IMG/VR virus record: IMGVR_UViG_3300037423_000302
Location: 1 to 30,773 of that record
DNA: 30,773 nt
From: a virus
Lineage: Duplodnaviria > Caudoviricetes
Strand: one strand, 5' to 3'
Shown here: positions 8,463 to 18,261 of the stretch, piece by piece
Layout: each line of letters begins with the position of its first letter
Position numbering within the stretch: the first letter of the stretch is position 1
Translations under genes and position numbers: made by a program
The notes under the pieces: model-generated
Told to the model about the DNA's origin: nothing
The model's database searches: none
What the model saw: only the letters and a program-made list of their open reading frames with translations

Positions 8463-8494
8463 AAAGAGCCTACTTAACGGTAGGCTCTCTTTTT
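8463..8494 (+). terminator. Intrinsic terminator overlapping the 3' end of the convergent hydrolase gene
   Basis: AGAGCCTAC-TTAACG-GTAGGCTCT followed by CTTTTT. Confidence 0.8.
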
Positions 8495-8839
8495 ATGTCC
8501 AAACATCCACTTAATTCCCATTGGTGTACTTGAATCCATGGCAAGATGTAGTAGGTATCCTCCAGCAAAGAGAATACACCATTTCCATGAATACCAAATA
8601 CCTATTGGGGCTGAAAATAATAACAAACCGCAAATACTGTGAGTGAAACCACGATGACGAAAAACCAGCCAAAGAGGAATGAACTTTCCAATAGTGGACT
8701 GGCGTATATCGCAATCTGGAAAGACAGAACCAATAATAAAAGGAATAGGGTTAAGAAAAACATCTTCAACACCAACTTGTATAAGAATCCACACAATTAA
8801 AGCAAACCCCCAATGTATTCGTCCAGAGAAAGCACACAC
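8474..8839 (-). CDS. Membrane-bound metal-dependent hydrolase (YdjM/DUF457-like); start uncertain
   Basis: Motifs GRIH, GSVFPDCD, HRGFTHS, GYLLHLAMDSST-MGI and hydrophobic helices; inverted within the late operon. Confidence 0.85.
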   Translation of the reverse strand: MCAFSGRIHWGFALIVWILIQVGVEDVFLNPIPFIIGSVFPDCDIRQSTIGKFIPLWLVFRHRGFTHSICGLLLFSAPIGIWYSWKWCILFAGGYLLHLAMDSSTPMGIKWMFGHKKRAYR

Positions 8840-8862
8840 CCCCTTTAAATTTTCCCTAGTTC

Positions 8863-8891
8863 TATTATCCCCTAGTTCCACTACAAAATAC
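8863..8891 (-). promoter_or_regulatory. sigmaF/sigmaG-like (forespore) promoter candidate
   Basis: GTATT - 15 bp - GGGATAATA, close to the B. subtilis sigmaF consensus GYATA-15-GGnAwAmTr, just upstream of the hydrolase SD. Confidence 0.45.
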
Positions 8892-8925
8892 ATGATAAAA
8901 AACATACATATTTAGTAATTATATG

Positions 8926-8955
8926 TAGACAAGTGGACGAACGTTCTGTTATATT
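8926..8955 (+). promoter_or_regulatory. Promoter for the scaffold/capsid operon
   Basis: TAGACA - 18 bp - TATATT with extended -10 TG. Confidence 0.6.
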
Positions 8956-9051
8956 AAATATAGAAACTTTCGCCATTCTGGAGCGGAAACCAGAAACTTA
9001 CAATCTATAATTTCGCAGACCCATGCGTAAAAAGGGAAAGGGGTAGTAACC

Positions 9052-9966
9052 ATGCCAGAAGAAAATTTAGATAACCTAGAACAAAACCTTGATGACGATT
9101 TGACAGGTTCAGAGGGAGAAAATGAACTTATTGCCGCAATCAAAGCGTTAAACGAACAGAAAGATTCAGAGGATGATATTGTCAAAGAAGACGATGACAT
9201 TGAGGAAGAAGTCGATGAAGATGAAGACCTTGATGAAGCCGATGATGAAGAACTTGAGGATGACGCTGACGATGACAATGAGGAAGTTGAAACTCCTCCA
9301 GCCACAGACAAAAAGAAGCAGTCAAAAGAGGAAAACGCTAAGTTTGCTAAAGAACGTAGAGAGCGTGAATTTAACGAGCGTCTACAAAAAGAGATTGCTA
9401 AATTAAGAGAACAATCTCCAGAGTTCCAGCTTGCTAAACGTTTAGCTGACATGACTGGCAAACCTATTGAGCAAATCCAGAGGGAAATGGATGAAGCCGC
9501 TTTACAGGAAGAATCCAAGAAGACTGGTAACTCAGTAGAAGTTCTGAGGGCACAACGAGAGTTAAAACAACAGAATCAAGACCTTGAACGTCAAATCAAT
9601 CAAATTCGTTTTGAGCAATGGAATTCTAAAATCAAATCTGATGGGGAAGCACTCCAGAAAGAATACAATTTCTTGACTCAAGAGGACTTGGACGCCGCTA
9701 AATCTTACATCCTTAATGTTGCTAAGAACGTGGAAATGCCGCTTGAGGACGCTGTGTATGCAATACATGGCAAGAAAATCATTCAAAATCTAGCTAAAGC
9801 CAAAGTCCAAGATGACCTAGCTACTCAAAGTGGACGTAAGAAAAAGACTCCACTTGCTCCGAATAATGGAAAACCTTCTAAGTCAGCCGTTACTCTGACC
9901 GCTGACGAAAAGGCGATTGCCAGAGCATTTGGTATGACGGACGAAGAATATAATAAATTCAAATAA
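9052..9966 (+). CDS. Capsid scaffolding protein
   Basis: Acidic N-terminus, central coiled coil, C-terminal LTADEKAIARAFGMTDEEY helix pair; upstream of capsid genes. Confidence 0.85.
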   Translation: MPEENLDNLEQNLDDDLTGSEGENELIAAIKALNEQKDSEDDIVKEDDDIEEEVDEDEDLDEADDEELEDDADDDNEEVETPPATDKKKQSKEENAKFAKERREREFNERLQKEIAKLREQSPEFQLAKRLADMTGKPIEQIQREMDEAALQEESKKTGNSVEVLRAQRELKQQNQDLERQINQIRFEQWNSKIKSDGEALQKEYNFLTQEDLDAAKSYILNVAKNVEMPLEDAVYAIHGKKIIQNLAKAKVQDDLATQSGRKKKTPLAPNNGKPSKSAVTLTADEKAIARAFGMTDEEYNKFK

Positions 9967-9982
9967 TTAGGAGGGACAAATT

Positions 9983-10489
9983 ATGGCATTTCAATACGCT
10001 TACTCTTTAGCTGGTGACAGCACTAGCGTAATCAAGGATTACCCACTTGATACTACCGCTAACTACGGTACTGGTGGTGCTAAAAAAGGTGACCTAGTAT
10101 TCTTATCCGGGGGCAAATTGCGTAGAGTATTAGCCGCAACTGCTACTGGTACTTCATTAGGTCTTTTGGAAGGACAAGAGTTTACTGGTTTAGTAGCACA
10201 GGGTCAACCTTATGCCGCCGCTAACGCTTCTTTCGTAGCTAACGCTGTTGACGCTACTAAAAACCCTAACGGTGTAGGTAAAGTTCGTTCTGACAAAGCA
10301 ATGGGAGTTTATAAGGTTCCTGTTAAAGCTGGTCAAACTGCCGCTCCTGCAAACATCGGTGTTTCTTACAACATCTTTGTTGACGCCAACAATGACCAAC
10401 AAGCTGACCTTTCACTTACAACTGTTCCACACGTTAAAGTTATTGACTACACACCAGACGGAAAGTTCGTATTCGTTACTTTAGTGTAA
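9983..10489 (+). CDS. Probable capsid decoration/cement protein
   Basis: Small G/A/V-rich beta protein (KKGDLVFL) between scaffold and MCP; strong SD. Confidence 0.65.
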   Translation: MAFQYAYSLAGDSTSVIKDYPLDTTANYGTGGAKKGDLVFLSGGKLRRVLAATATGTSLGLLEGQEFTGLVAQGQPYAAANASFVANAVDATKNPNGVGKVRSDKAMGVYKVPVKAGQTAAPANIGVSYNIFVDANNDQQADLSLTTVPHVKVIDYTPDGKFVFVTLV

Positions 10490-10521
10490 CCAACTACAAC
10501 TAATTAAGGAGGGAAACTACG

Positions 10522-11448
10522 ATGTTACAATCTCAACCATTTGGTCGTTTACTTGAACCAGGACTCCGTAAGATTTTCCAAGAAACTTACAAAGAAGTTC
10601 CAGAGCAGTATTCTGCTGTATTTAATGTACAAGACTCAAAGAAAGCTATCGAAACTGACCTTCGTATGGGCGGCTTCGGTATGTGGGATAAGAAGGATTC
10701 TGCTGGTTCCATCCAGTATGAAGACCCAACTGATACTCTACCATTGCAGTACATTCACGAAGAATTCTCCAAAGGATTCACAGTTGAACGTAAGTTCATT
10801 GACGATGAAATGTACGGAACAATCGGTAAGTGGACAAAATCCCTTGCACGTGGAGCAAGAGCAACAATCGAAACGAATGCGGCGGCTATTTTCAATAACG
10901 CATTCACTACAAACGGATTTGATGGTCAACCATTAATCTCTGCAACACACAAGCGTTTAGACGGTGGTACAATGTCTAACCGTTTGGCTAACACTGACGG
11001 TGCTGGTGCGGCTGACGGTGCGTTATCTGACCGTAACCTAAAAGCGGCTCTTATCCAGACTCGCCGCCAAGTGGATGACAAAGGCATTCTTATCCAAGTT
11101 CAACCTAAAATCTTGGTTGTTCCTCCAGCCCTTCAATTCATTGCACAAACAATCGTTCAATCCACTAACGTATCTGCACAAGGTACTGGCTCTGGTATCA
11201 CGAACGATAAAAATACAATCCCTAACCTACGTGTAGTAGTTATGGATTACTTCACTTCTAACACAGCTTGGTTCTTGATTGACCCAACTGTAGCAGAATT
11301 GAACTTCTTCTGGCGTAGACGCTTAGAGTTCAAGAACACAGAAGACTTTGACACTATGCAAGCGAAATATCGTGGTTATATGCGTTTCTCTTGTGGTTAC
11401 AGTGACTATCGTGGAGTGTTCGGTTCTCTTGGTACAGGTGCCGCATAA
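10522..11448 (+). CDS. Major capsid protein (Mu gpT-like family)
   Basis: LLEPGLRKIF, FSKGFTVERKFIDD, DGQPLISATH, PKILVVPPAL, AWFL motifs; followed by a terminator. Confidence 0.92.
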   Translation: MLQSQPFGRLLEPGLRKIFQETYKEVPEQYSAVFNVQDSKKAIETDLRMGGFGMWDKKDSAGSIQYEDPTDTLPLQYIHEEFSKGFTVERKFIDDEMYGTIGKWTKSLARGARATIETNAAAIFNNAFTTNGFDGQPLISATHKRLDGGTMSNRLANTDGAGAADGALSDRNLKAALIQTRRQVDDKGILIQVQPKILVVPPALQFIAQTIVQSTNVSAQGTGSGITNDKNTIPNLRVVVMDYFTSNTAWFLIDPTVAELNFFWRRRLEFKNTEDFDTMQAKYRGYMRFSCGYSDYRGVFGSLGTGAA

Positions 11449-11460
11449 TAACTAACCTTA

Positions 11461-11489
11461 AAGGGGTGGGCTACTGCCCATCCCTTTTT
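11461..11489 (+). terminator. Intrinsic terminator after MCP
   Basis: AAGGGGTGGGC-TACT-GCCCATCCC followed by TTTTT. Confidence 0.85.
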
Positions 11490-11508
11490 AATATGAGGAG
11501 GGAAAACA

Positions 11509-12003
11509 ATGACGTTACGTGATAATGCAGGAAACGCAATAGGTAACCATAACCCACTAGCGGGTAAAATGTACATTGAAGGTAGAACAGCGAATACAAC
11601 TGCTGTATCAAACGGTTCAAACGTACCAGCGGCGGCTACTACAGTAGGTGTTCAAGTAGTGAAGCAATTCTCTATTCCAGAACTTGACTGGTCTTATGTT
11701 GCACTTGCTGGTGGTATTATTGATACGGCTGATAAAGTAGCAAAAGCGGCGGCTGGTTCTGGTATCAGAAACTATGTAGCCAATATTCAATTAATCAACG
11801 CTGGAACGGTGGCAACAGAATTCGTTATTAAGGATGGTGTTACTATTATCTGGAGAACATTCTTGCCAGCTAATATGACTGCTCCAGTAGACATTACATT
11901 CTTCAATCCACTTAAATCTACAGCGAACGCCGCCATTAATATAGCCTGTATTACGACTGGTGCGGCTGTATATGCGAACGTCCAAGGATATGCGGCACCA
12001 TAA
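11509..12003 (+). CDS. Probable structural protein (head fibre/decoration-like)
   Basis: A/T/N/G-rich beta-type protein between two terminators in the head module; strong SD. Confidence 0.6.
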   Translation: MTLRDNAGNAIGNHNPLAGKMYIEGRTANTTAVSNGSNVPAAATTVGVQVVKQFSIPELDWSYVALAGGIIDTADKVAKAAAGSGIRNYVANIQLINAGTVATEFVIKDGVTIIWRTFLPANMTAPVDITFFNPLKSTANAAINIACITTGAAVYANVQGYAAP

Positions 12004-12004
12004 T

Positions 12005-12031
12005 GCTCCCTAGTTTATAGGGGGCTTTTTT
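12005..12031 (+). terminator. Intrinsic terminator
   Basis: GCTCCCTA-GTTTA-TAGGGGGC followed by TTTTTT; left arm is also a copy of the CCCTAGTT motif. Confidence 0.75.
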
Positions 12032-12050
12032 AAAATAAGGAGGGAGAAAC

Positions 12051-12641
12051 ATGCAATTATCAGAACTAAGAGCATATGTGAAAGACTTGGCTGAACAGGA
12101 TTTAAGTATCCAAGACTCACAGATTGACCGCTGGCTGGACTCTGCTATTGACCGTATCAATACAGCATTGGAGACTAACTTTCCAAGAGTGAGCGGTAAA
12201 CCAACTACGTATATACCAGAATTCGATGACAGATATCATGAAGCACTTGTTATCTTTGCCAATGCAAAATACAGGGAATCAGACGCAGATTTTCAATCGT
12301 CTACGTACTTCATGAATACATTCAATGACATGCTCATGGATATGCAAAGGGATATGGTCAAGCCGCCAAGTTACCGCAAAGATAAAAATACCCAGCAAAT
12401 CGTAGTGACAAATGTAACTACAATGGTGTACAATTTAAGTATGCCAAATGGTGCTTATTTCAACTACATCACTGTGTATAAAAATGATGTTGAAGTTGAC
12501 CCAAGCAACTACACACTGAACGGACGTTTGAAATCAATTACATTTAAAGGATTGACGTTAACTGTAAACGATAAAATTACAGTTATCTTTGAAGATAGCG
12601 GGGACTTAAATCAACCACCTTACTCTTGGTGGAACTGGTAG
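12051..12641 (+). CDS. Head-tail adaptor protein
   Basis: LSELRAYVK...IDRWLDSAIDRIN and PEFDDRYHEALVIFA patterns typical of podovirus adaptors; position before nozzle. Confidence 0.75.
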   Translation: MQLSELRAYVKDLAEQDLSIQDSQIDRWLDSAIDRINTALETNFPRVSGKPTTYIPEFDDRYHEALVIFANAKYRESDADFQSSTYFMNTFNDMLMDMQRDMVKPPSYRKDKNTQQIVVTNVTTMVYNLSMPNGAYFNYITVYKNDVEVDPSNYTLNGRLKSITFKGLTLTVNDKITVIFEDSGDLNQPPYSWWNW

Positions 12642-12651
12642 GTGATGATAA

Positions 12652-14517
12652 ATGGCACGACAGCCTTATTTCGTAAATACTACACAAAAGAAAATTGAAG
12701 TATTTGGCTCATTCGGTGGTGGTATGGTGCCGCAAGCCCATCCAGAAAAACTAAAGGATGACCAATCTATACTAATTGAAAATGCAAACATCAAAGCTGG
12801 TGGTGTATTAGAAGCAAGGGGTGGGTACAAGGAAACGAATGCTCCTAACCCTACTCTTACTGGTAACACTCAGGGTAGATTTAAATACAATAACCTAGCT
12901 GGCGGACAGGACATAGTTGCTGTGAATGGTAAATTGTATACAGTCCAAGGAACTTTATACACGAACATTCCAATTACAGACATGGCTACTGGTTTTCAGA
13001 ATGTTCGTCCAATTGAAGCGGTTCAAGTTGGGAGCATAATGTATTTTGCTACAGGCTCCGGGTTAGTCAAATACGATGGAGTAACTGCTTCCCTAGTTCA
13101 AGCATATGCTCCTAATGGATTGGAAGCATTGTACATTGGACGTAATGGGTATGCCGCTAACCCGGACGCTTACCTGTCTGATACTACGGGTGCTGGGGAT
13201 GTCATTCTTGGTGTAGTTCCAGACCAACGTTACGGTGTAGTTAATCAAAATGTTACATTTACTGCATACATTCAAACTACAAATACAGCAGTACTTGAAT
13301 ACAGATGGGAACTGAAGACAGTTTCAGCATTGGATTATACAGAGTTCCTTGGATGGACAGATGACAAAGAAGCTGTAGCTAACTTTGCATCAAAAGGCGA
13401 TTACATGATACGGGTAAGTCTGCGGAAGCAAGGGACTACTAATGTATTGAGCCAATATGTTCTCCCTAGGTTTAAGGTTAATTCGGTGCCAGATGAAAAC
13501 CCGGAGCCAGTAATAGACTTTGAAGATATGAAACTATGCAATCGTATTTTCTATCATTACGAGCGGTTATTCTTGTATGGTGATACTGGGAACCCAGACC
13601 ATTTGTATATATCCCATCTGAATGTATTTAACTATTTCCCTAGGTCAAATATAATCAGAGTTTCAGATAATACACGTGGCGGCTTACAGGCAGTAGAGCA
13701 GTACAAGAATTTTCTAATATGCTTTACTGACGGTTCGATTCAAGCCATACTTGGTGACAATCCAACTAACTTTACGAAACAACCTGTTCATATGTCGTTA
13801 GGCACTAAGTATCCGTATAGTGTACAGGTGATGAAAAACTACATTTCATTCATCGGAAATGACAACGCTGTGTATGTATTGAAGTCATTCAATTATTCAC
13901 AGGATGACAAAATGAATGTAGAACGGATTGATGAAAAAATCATGGATATGTTGACAGCAGACTTAGCGGCAAGCACAAGGGTATTGTCTGCAATCTATGA
14001 CAATCAATTGTATATCTACATTGAGGGTACACAGAATCGTATTTACCGATACTACTATGAACTTGGTATATGGGTGAGGGATACCACTTCCCTTAGTTTC
14101 ATAACAATGTTTAATCACAATAATAAGTTATTGCTTGCCAGCACAACAGGTGGTAAACTACATGAATTGAAGGATGATGTATTCGTTGATGGAGTTAGTA
14201 CAACATACACAATGTCAGTTACATCAAAGGACTTCAACTTCAATATGCCGCACCACAGAAAGAAACTAAAGCAATTTCAATTGTTGGCGGCTCTTACTGC
14301 GTTATCCACAGTTACAGTTAAGTTGTACACAGATAATACCTTGTTATCCACAACTCCTTTAGTTTATGACCCGCTACAAAATAGTGATGCTCAGAAACTA
14401 AAAATCATGGCTTCTGGTAGATTCAGATATACCAAGTTTGAGATTACAAGTGTGGTCAAAGAACGGATTCAATTAACTGGATGGGGTATTGTTTTTAAAG
14501 AAAATACACCTAAATAG
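12652..14517 (+). CDS. Tail nozzle / DNA stabilisation protein (P22 gp10- / T7 gp12-like)
   Basis: N-terminal FGGG...ENANI...RGG, beta-propeller-like repeats, C-terminal SKDFNF...KKLK; 621 aa after the adaptor. Confidence 0.8.
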   Translation: MARQPYFVNTTQKKIEVFGSFGGGMVPQAHPEKLKDDQSILIENANIKAGGVLEARGGYKETNAPNPTLTGNTQGRFKYNNLAGGQDIVAVNGKLYTVQGTLYTNIPITDMATGFQNVRPIEAVQVGSIMYFATGSGLVKYDGVTASLVQAYAPNGLEALYIGRNGYAANPDAYLSDTTGAGDVILGVVPDQRYGVVNQNVTFTAYIQTTNTAVLEYRWELKTVSALDYTEFLGWTDDKEAVANFASKGDYMIRVSLRKQGTTNVLSQYVLPRFKVNSVPDENPEPVIDFEDMKLCNRIFYHYERLFLYGDTGNPDHLYISHLNVFNYFPRSNIIRVSDNTRGGLQAVEQYKNFLICFTDGSIQAILGDNPTNFTKQPVHMSLGTKYPYSVQVMKNYISFIGNDNAVYVLKSFNYSQDDKMNVERIDEKIMDMLTADLAASTRVLSAIYDNQLYIYIEGTQNRIYRYYYELGIWVRDTTSLSFITMFNHNNKLLLASTTGGKLHELKDDVFVDGVSTTYTMSVTSKDFNFNMPHHRKKLKQFQLLAALTALSTVTVKLYTDNTLLSTTPLVYDPLQNSDAQKLKIMASGRFRYTKFEITSVVKERIQLTGWGIVFKENTPK

Positions 14518-14529
14518 GAGGGTAGAATC

Positions 14530-15708
14530 ATGGCTGATATGTATGACCAAAATTTCAATTCATCCAGTACCTATGGACAAAGTGATATGGAAGGTGGAGG
14601 AGAGCAGATTGATTCTGCCCTCTATCTTAATGAATCAGCGGCACAGGCTGTCAATGAGAGGCTTGAGCAAAAGCAAAATTCTATTAAACTACAACCTACT
14701 ACACCACCATCCAATCCAAAGAAGGATGACATGTGGATTGACAACAGTGTATTTCCGAATATCATCTACACTTGGAATGGAACACAATGGGTTAAAGTAA
14801 CAGCTACATCTGCAAGTGAATATGGAGCATACACTACTGCACAGGTTGATGACGCTATCACCATAGCAAAAGCTGATATGACTCAAGCGATTAAGGATGC
14901 AATAACTGACGCTGAACTAGATAAGTATATGACACTAGCGGACTTTCAGATTGAGAAAGACAACATCATGTTAGCATTTGCTAAAGGTAATGGTCTAAAC
15001 ATGCTGAAAAACTCAGTAGGTTACGGATACAACACTGATGGAACTTTCCCATATTGGCAAGTAACAGCGGGTACTGCTGAAACCATTCAAGGTTCTGATA
15101 TGGTGGAAGCTGGCTCTGGATTTTTCATCAAGGATGGAGTCATTAAACAAGCTGTTACTGGTACGGTAGGTGAAGAATACACCCTAAGTGTAAAGGTCAA
15201 CAAAGGTACTGCTGGTAGTGCTTATATTAAACTATCAGACGGACAAACATTCCAGCAAATCGACTTCCCGGTGAGTGCCGCATACTCCTACCAATTAGCA
15301 CAGATAAAAGGATTCATTCCCCAGACTGGTGCTGTAATCGTTGAATTCGGAGCCACAGGTGCTACTGGTGGTGCAACATTTACAGCGGCTATGTTGAATT
15401 TGGGAGTAATTGGACTTCAGTGGAGTTTCGCCATGGGGGAAATGTACAACGGTAACGTCAAAGCTGACATTAACGGACTTGAAGTTAAGTCCAGTGTGTA
15501 TGATGGATATACCAGAATGGCTCCACAGGAATTTGCCGGGTATGCTCGTAACAACCAAGGGACAATGGAAAAAGTATTTACTTTGAATAAAGATACAACT
15601 GAAATGAAACAGGCACAGCTTGATGAATTCTTAGCCATTGGAGGAATCAAAGCGGTTCGTGTCGATGGTGGCGGTAAAAAAGGATTAGCCTTTATTCCAA
15701 ATAGTTAG
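14530..15708 (+). CDS. Tail fibre-associated protein
   Basis: PSNPKKDDMWIDNS...YTWNGTQW motif common in Firmicutes phage tail proteins; CBM-like segment (NMLKNS...GEEYTLS). Confidence 0.7.
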   Translation: MADMYDQNFNSSSTYGQSDMEGGGEQIDSALYLNESAAQAVNERLEQKQNSIKLQPTTPPSNPKKDDMWIDNSVFPNIIYTWNGTQWVKVTATSASEYGAYTTAQVDDAITIAKADMTQAIKDAITDAELDKYMTLADFQIEKDNIMLAFAKGNGLNMLKNSVGYGYNTDGTFPYWQVTAGTAETIQGSDMVEAGSGFFIKDGVIKQAVTGTVGEEYTLSVKVNKGTAGSAYIKLSDGQTFQQIDFPVSAAYSYQLAQIKGFIPQTGAVIVEFGATGATGGATFTAAMLNLGVIGLQWSFAMGEMYNGNVKADINGLEVKSSVYDGYTRMAPQEFAGYARNNQGTMEKVFTLNKDTTEMKQAQLDEFLAIGGIKAVRVDGGGKKGLAFIPNS

Positions 15709-15720
15709 GAGTGAGAAACC

Positions 15721-18249
15721 ATGGCAAGTGGTTCATTTAATGTCGGTACGTCCAATAAATATGTACTTGGTACGTTAAGTTGGTCTGAATCGAATCCAAA
15801 TATAGCCGCCAATACATCTGATGTTTACTTTGAATTACGGTTCAGCCGTACAAATACTGGATTTACAACTAATGGTAGTGGTGATTTCACTGTGTGGATT
15901 AATGGCACACCTGTATCTGTTACAGGTAAAGCCTTTACTTACACATACAATTCAAATACTTTAGTTTTATCTGGGACGGTAACTGTACCTCATACAGATA
16001 ATGGTTCTAAACAAATAGAGATAGCTGTTGACGGTAATACAAACGTTCATGATGTTTACTATACAACATCATATCCTTGGTTGGATACAATTCCAAGGGC
16101 ATCTACCTACACTGGAACTATTGATTGGACTGCTGGTACTGACAATCTTTGGATGACAATTGACCGTAAAAGTACAGACTTTCATCACAGTGTTCAGATG
16201 TTCGTACAACATACGTATGATGGTAACTGGGATTTTATCGGACAGCGTGATTGGGTATATGATAGCGGCTGGTGGAATCCTAGTGTACCAGAAATAACTC
16301 AAATTTACAGCACAATGAGTATGTATGAAAACAGACCATGTTTAATGCGTGTTTTCACATATGACAGTGCTGGTAGACAGATTGGTGACCCTCAAGATAA
16401 AATTGGTACAGTTCGTGCATATAAAGCTGGTATTGCGGCATTCAATGATTTTAATATCGGAACTACATCTGTACCAGCAACTATTCAAAACTATCGTCCA
16501 GAATTCAATTATGATGTAACATTGGTATTCGGTAGCTGGACTAAAAATATCGGACGGGTATCTTCCTCTAGTTTCAATATCACATTTGATGATACTGAAA
16601 TTGACCGTATGTATCAAGAATGTACTGATGCTAATTCCAAACAAGGATATGTGCAAGTCCGTACTTCATATAATGGTATTTACATTGAGGATGGTTACCC
16701 AGACCCGCATGATAAATATTTCATAGCATATGTGGTCAATCAAAATCCTGTTTTTACTACAATCGAATACCATGATACAAACACAACGATTACAGCAGTT
16801 ACAGAAAATGACCAGTACATTGTGCAAAATAAATCCACAGTACAGGCTAAGATATTAAATTCTAACAAAGCGGTGGGTCAAAAGTGGGCAACCATTACGA
16901 AATATGTTGCTACATTGAATGGTGCTAGTGTAACAGTTAATAGCCCGTTCTCTACTGATATTGTATTCGACTTTGGTGTAGTTAATACTACATTGAATAT
17001 CAACTTAGAGATTACAGTTTATGACTCAAGGGGAAATACAACTAAGGTAACGAAGCTGGTTAACATGGTTGCCTATTCCAACCCGGTAGTTCAGACACAG
17101 GCATTGAGGGAAAACGGATTTGGTGAAGAAGTTACCTTGACACTCGCCGGGTCAATATCTCCATTGAACGTAAATGGAGTAAATAAGAATTCCCTAGTTT
17201 CAAGTGGTGTGAACTACAAATGGAGAGAACTTCCGTCTGGTGCTTGGAGTGCAAACATCCAATTCTTAAATCAAGTACTCACTATGCCAAATTACGATAC
17301 AGATGACGTACTTCTAACAATGGCTACTACATCTGCGTTTGAAATTGTAGTACAAGTTACAGATAAACTAGGGAATACAACTATCACTTTACAAGTGGCT
17401 GTAGGTACTCCAATCATGATGATTGATGAAATTCTTAAAATGGTTGGTTTCGGTAAGTTCCCAGATGGTGATGCATTAGTAGATGTAGCTGGTGACATAA
17501 AAGCACAAGGTGATTTAATTGCTAATGCTTTGACATTATTTAACGGAACTACTTTATTACCAATTGAATCTAATGGTTCCGCACTTTTAAAGAGCGGAGT
17601 AGATTTTAATACGATAAAGGAAACTGGTTTTCATAGGGTAGCGTCAAGTATTAATGCACCACCTAAATCAAGTGTAAATCCTGATACATGGTTTCATCTT
17701 ATAGTAATTAAACATCTTGGTATCAATGAAACCATACCATGGATAATTCAAGTAGCTTGGGATTTTAGGGATGGTGTATATCACAGAAGATGCTGGCTCA
17801 ATAACGGAGTTGAGACTTGGGATAAATGGCGTAGATTCACTGACGACAAAAGACAGTTACTACAAGCTGGCGGTGGCGGTCAAGGAATGTATTACGATAC
17901 TTGGTATAGGGCTATATGGAATACGCCAAATGTAGATGAAGGAATTATATGGAACAGTGGTGGTAACTCCAACATGTTCGGTGTATCAGAGGAAGGTTGG
18001 TATGAAATTAATTACAGTGTCTATATTAATATGTCTGTAAATAAAGGTTTCTATTGTGAACTATGGGGTGATACAGAACACCCATCTATTCTTTCAACTT
18101 GGACACCTTCTAATGGTTGGAACTATATGTTCGGTTCTAATGTTATGTATTTATACCCAAACAAAAATTATGAACTTGTTATTAGACATACTGATGATGG
18201 GTACACGAGAACCATAGGTGAGCATAGAACTACTATTAAACGACTTTAA
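15721..18249 (+). CDS. Tail fibre / receptor-binding protein (DUF859-like N-terminus)
   Basis: MASGSF...TVPHTDNGSK...LDTIPRAS; VYDSRG, VTDKLG; knob-like DFNTIKETGFH...WDKW; followed by a chaperone gene. Confidence 0.8.
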   Translation: MASGSFNVGTSNKYVLGTLSWSESNPNIAANTSDVYFELRFSRTNTGFTTNGSGDFTVWINGTPVSVTGKAFTYTYNSNTLVLSGTVTVPHTDNGSKQIEIAVDGNTNVHDVYYTTSYPWLDTIPRASTYTGTIDWTAGTDNLWMTIDRKSTDFHHSVQMFVQHTYDGNWDFIGQRDWVYDSGWWNPSVPEITQIYSTMSMYENRPCLMRVFTYDSAGRQIGDPQDKIGTVRAYKAGIAAFNDFNIGTTSVPATIQNYRPEFNYDVTLVFGSWTKNIGRVSSSSFNITFDDTEIDRMYQECTDANSKQGYVQVRTSYNGIYIEDGYPDPHDKYFIAYVVNQNPVFTTIEYHDTNTTITAVTENDQYIVQNKSTVQAKILNSNKAVGQKWATITKYVATLNGASVTVNSPFSTDIVFDFGVVNTTLNINLEITVYDSRGNTTKVTKLVNMVAYSNPVVQTQALRENGFGEEVTLTLAGSISPLNVNGVNKNSLVSSGVNYKWRELPSGAWSANIQFLNQVLTMPNYDTDDVLLTMATTSAFEIVVQVTDKLGNTTITLQVAVGTPIMMIDEILKMVGFGKFPDGDALVDVAGDIKAQGDLIANALTLFNGTTLLPIESNGSALLKSGVDFNTIKETGFHRVASSINAPPKSSVNPDTWFHLIVIKHLGINETIPWIIQVAWDFRDGVYHRRCWLNNGVETWDKWRRFTDDKRQLLQAGGGGQGMYYDTWYRAIWNTPNVDEGIIWNSGGNSNMFGVSEEGWYEINYSVYINMSVNKGFYCELWGDTEHPSILSTWTPSNGWNYMFGSNVMYLYPNKNYELVIRHTDDGYTRTIGEHRTTIKRL

Positions 18250-18261
18250 GGAGGGATTGTA

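Noticed and set aside
8939-8946. GAACGTTC palindrome as a LexA box near a YdjM-like gene
   Set aside because: The Bacillus SOS box needs GAAC-N4-GTTC; there is no spacer here.
11430-11510. Frameshift or readthrough from MCP into the next gene
   Set aside because: Double TAA TAA stop, no slippery site, a terminator and an independent SD follow.
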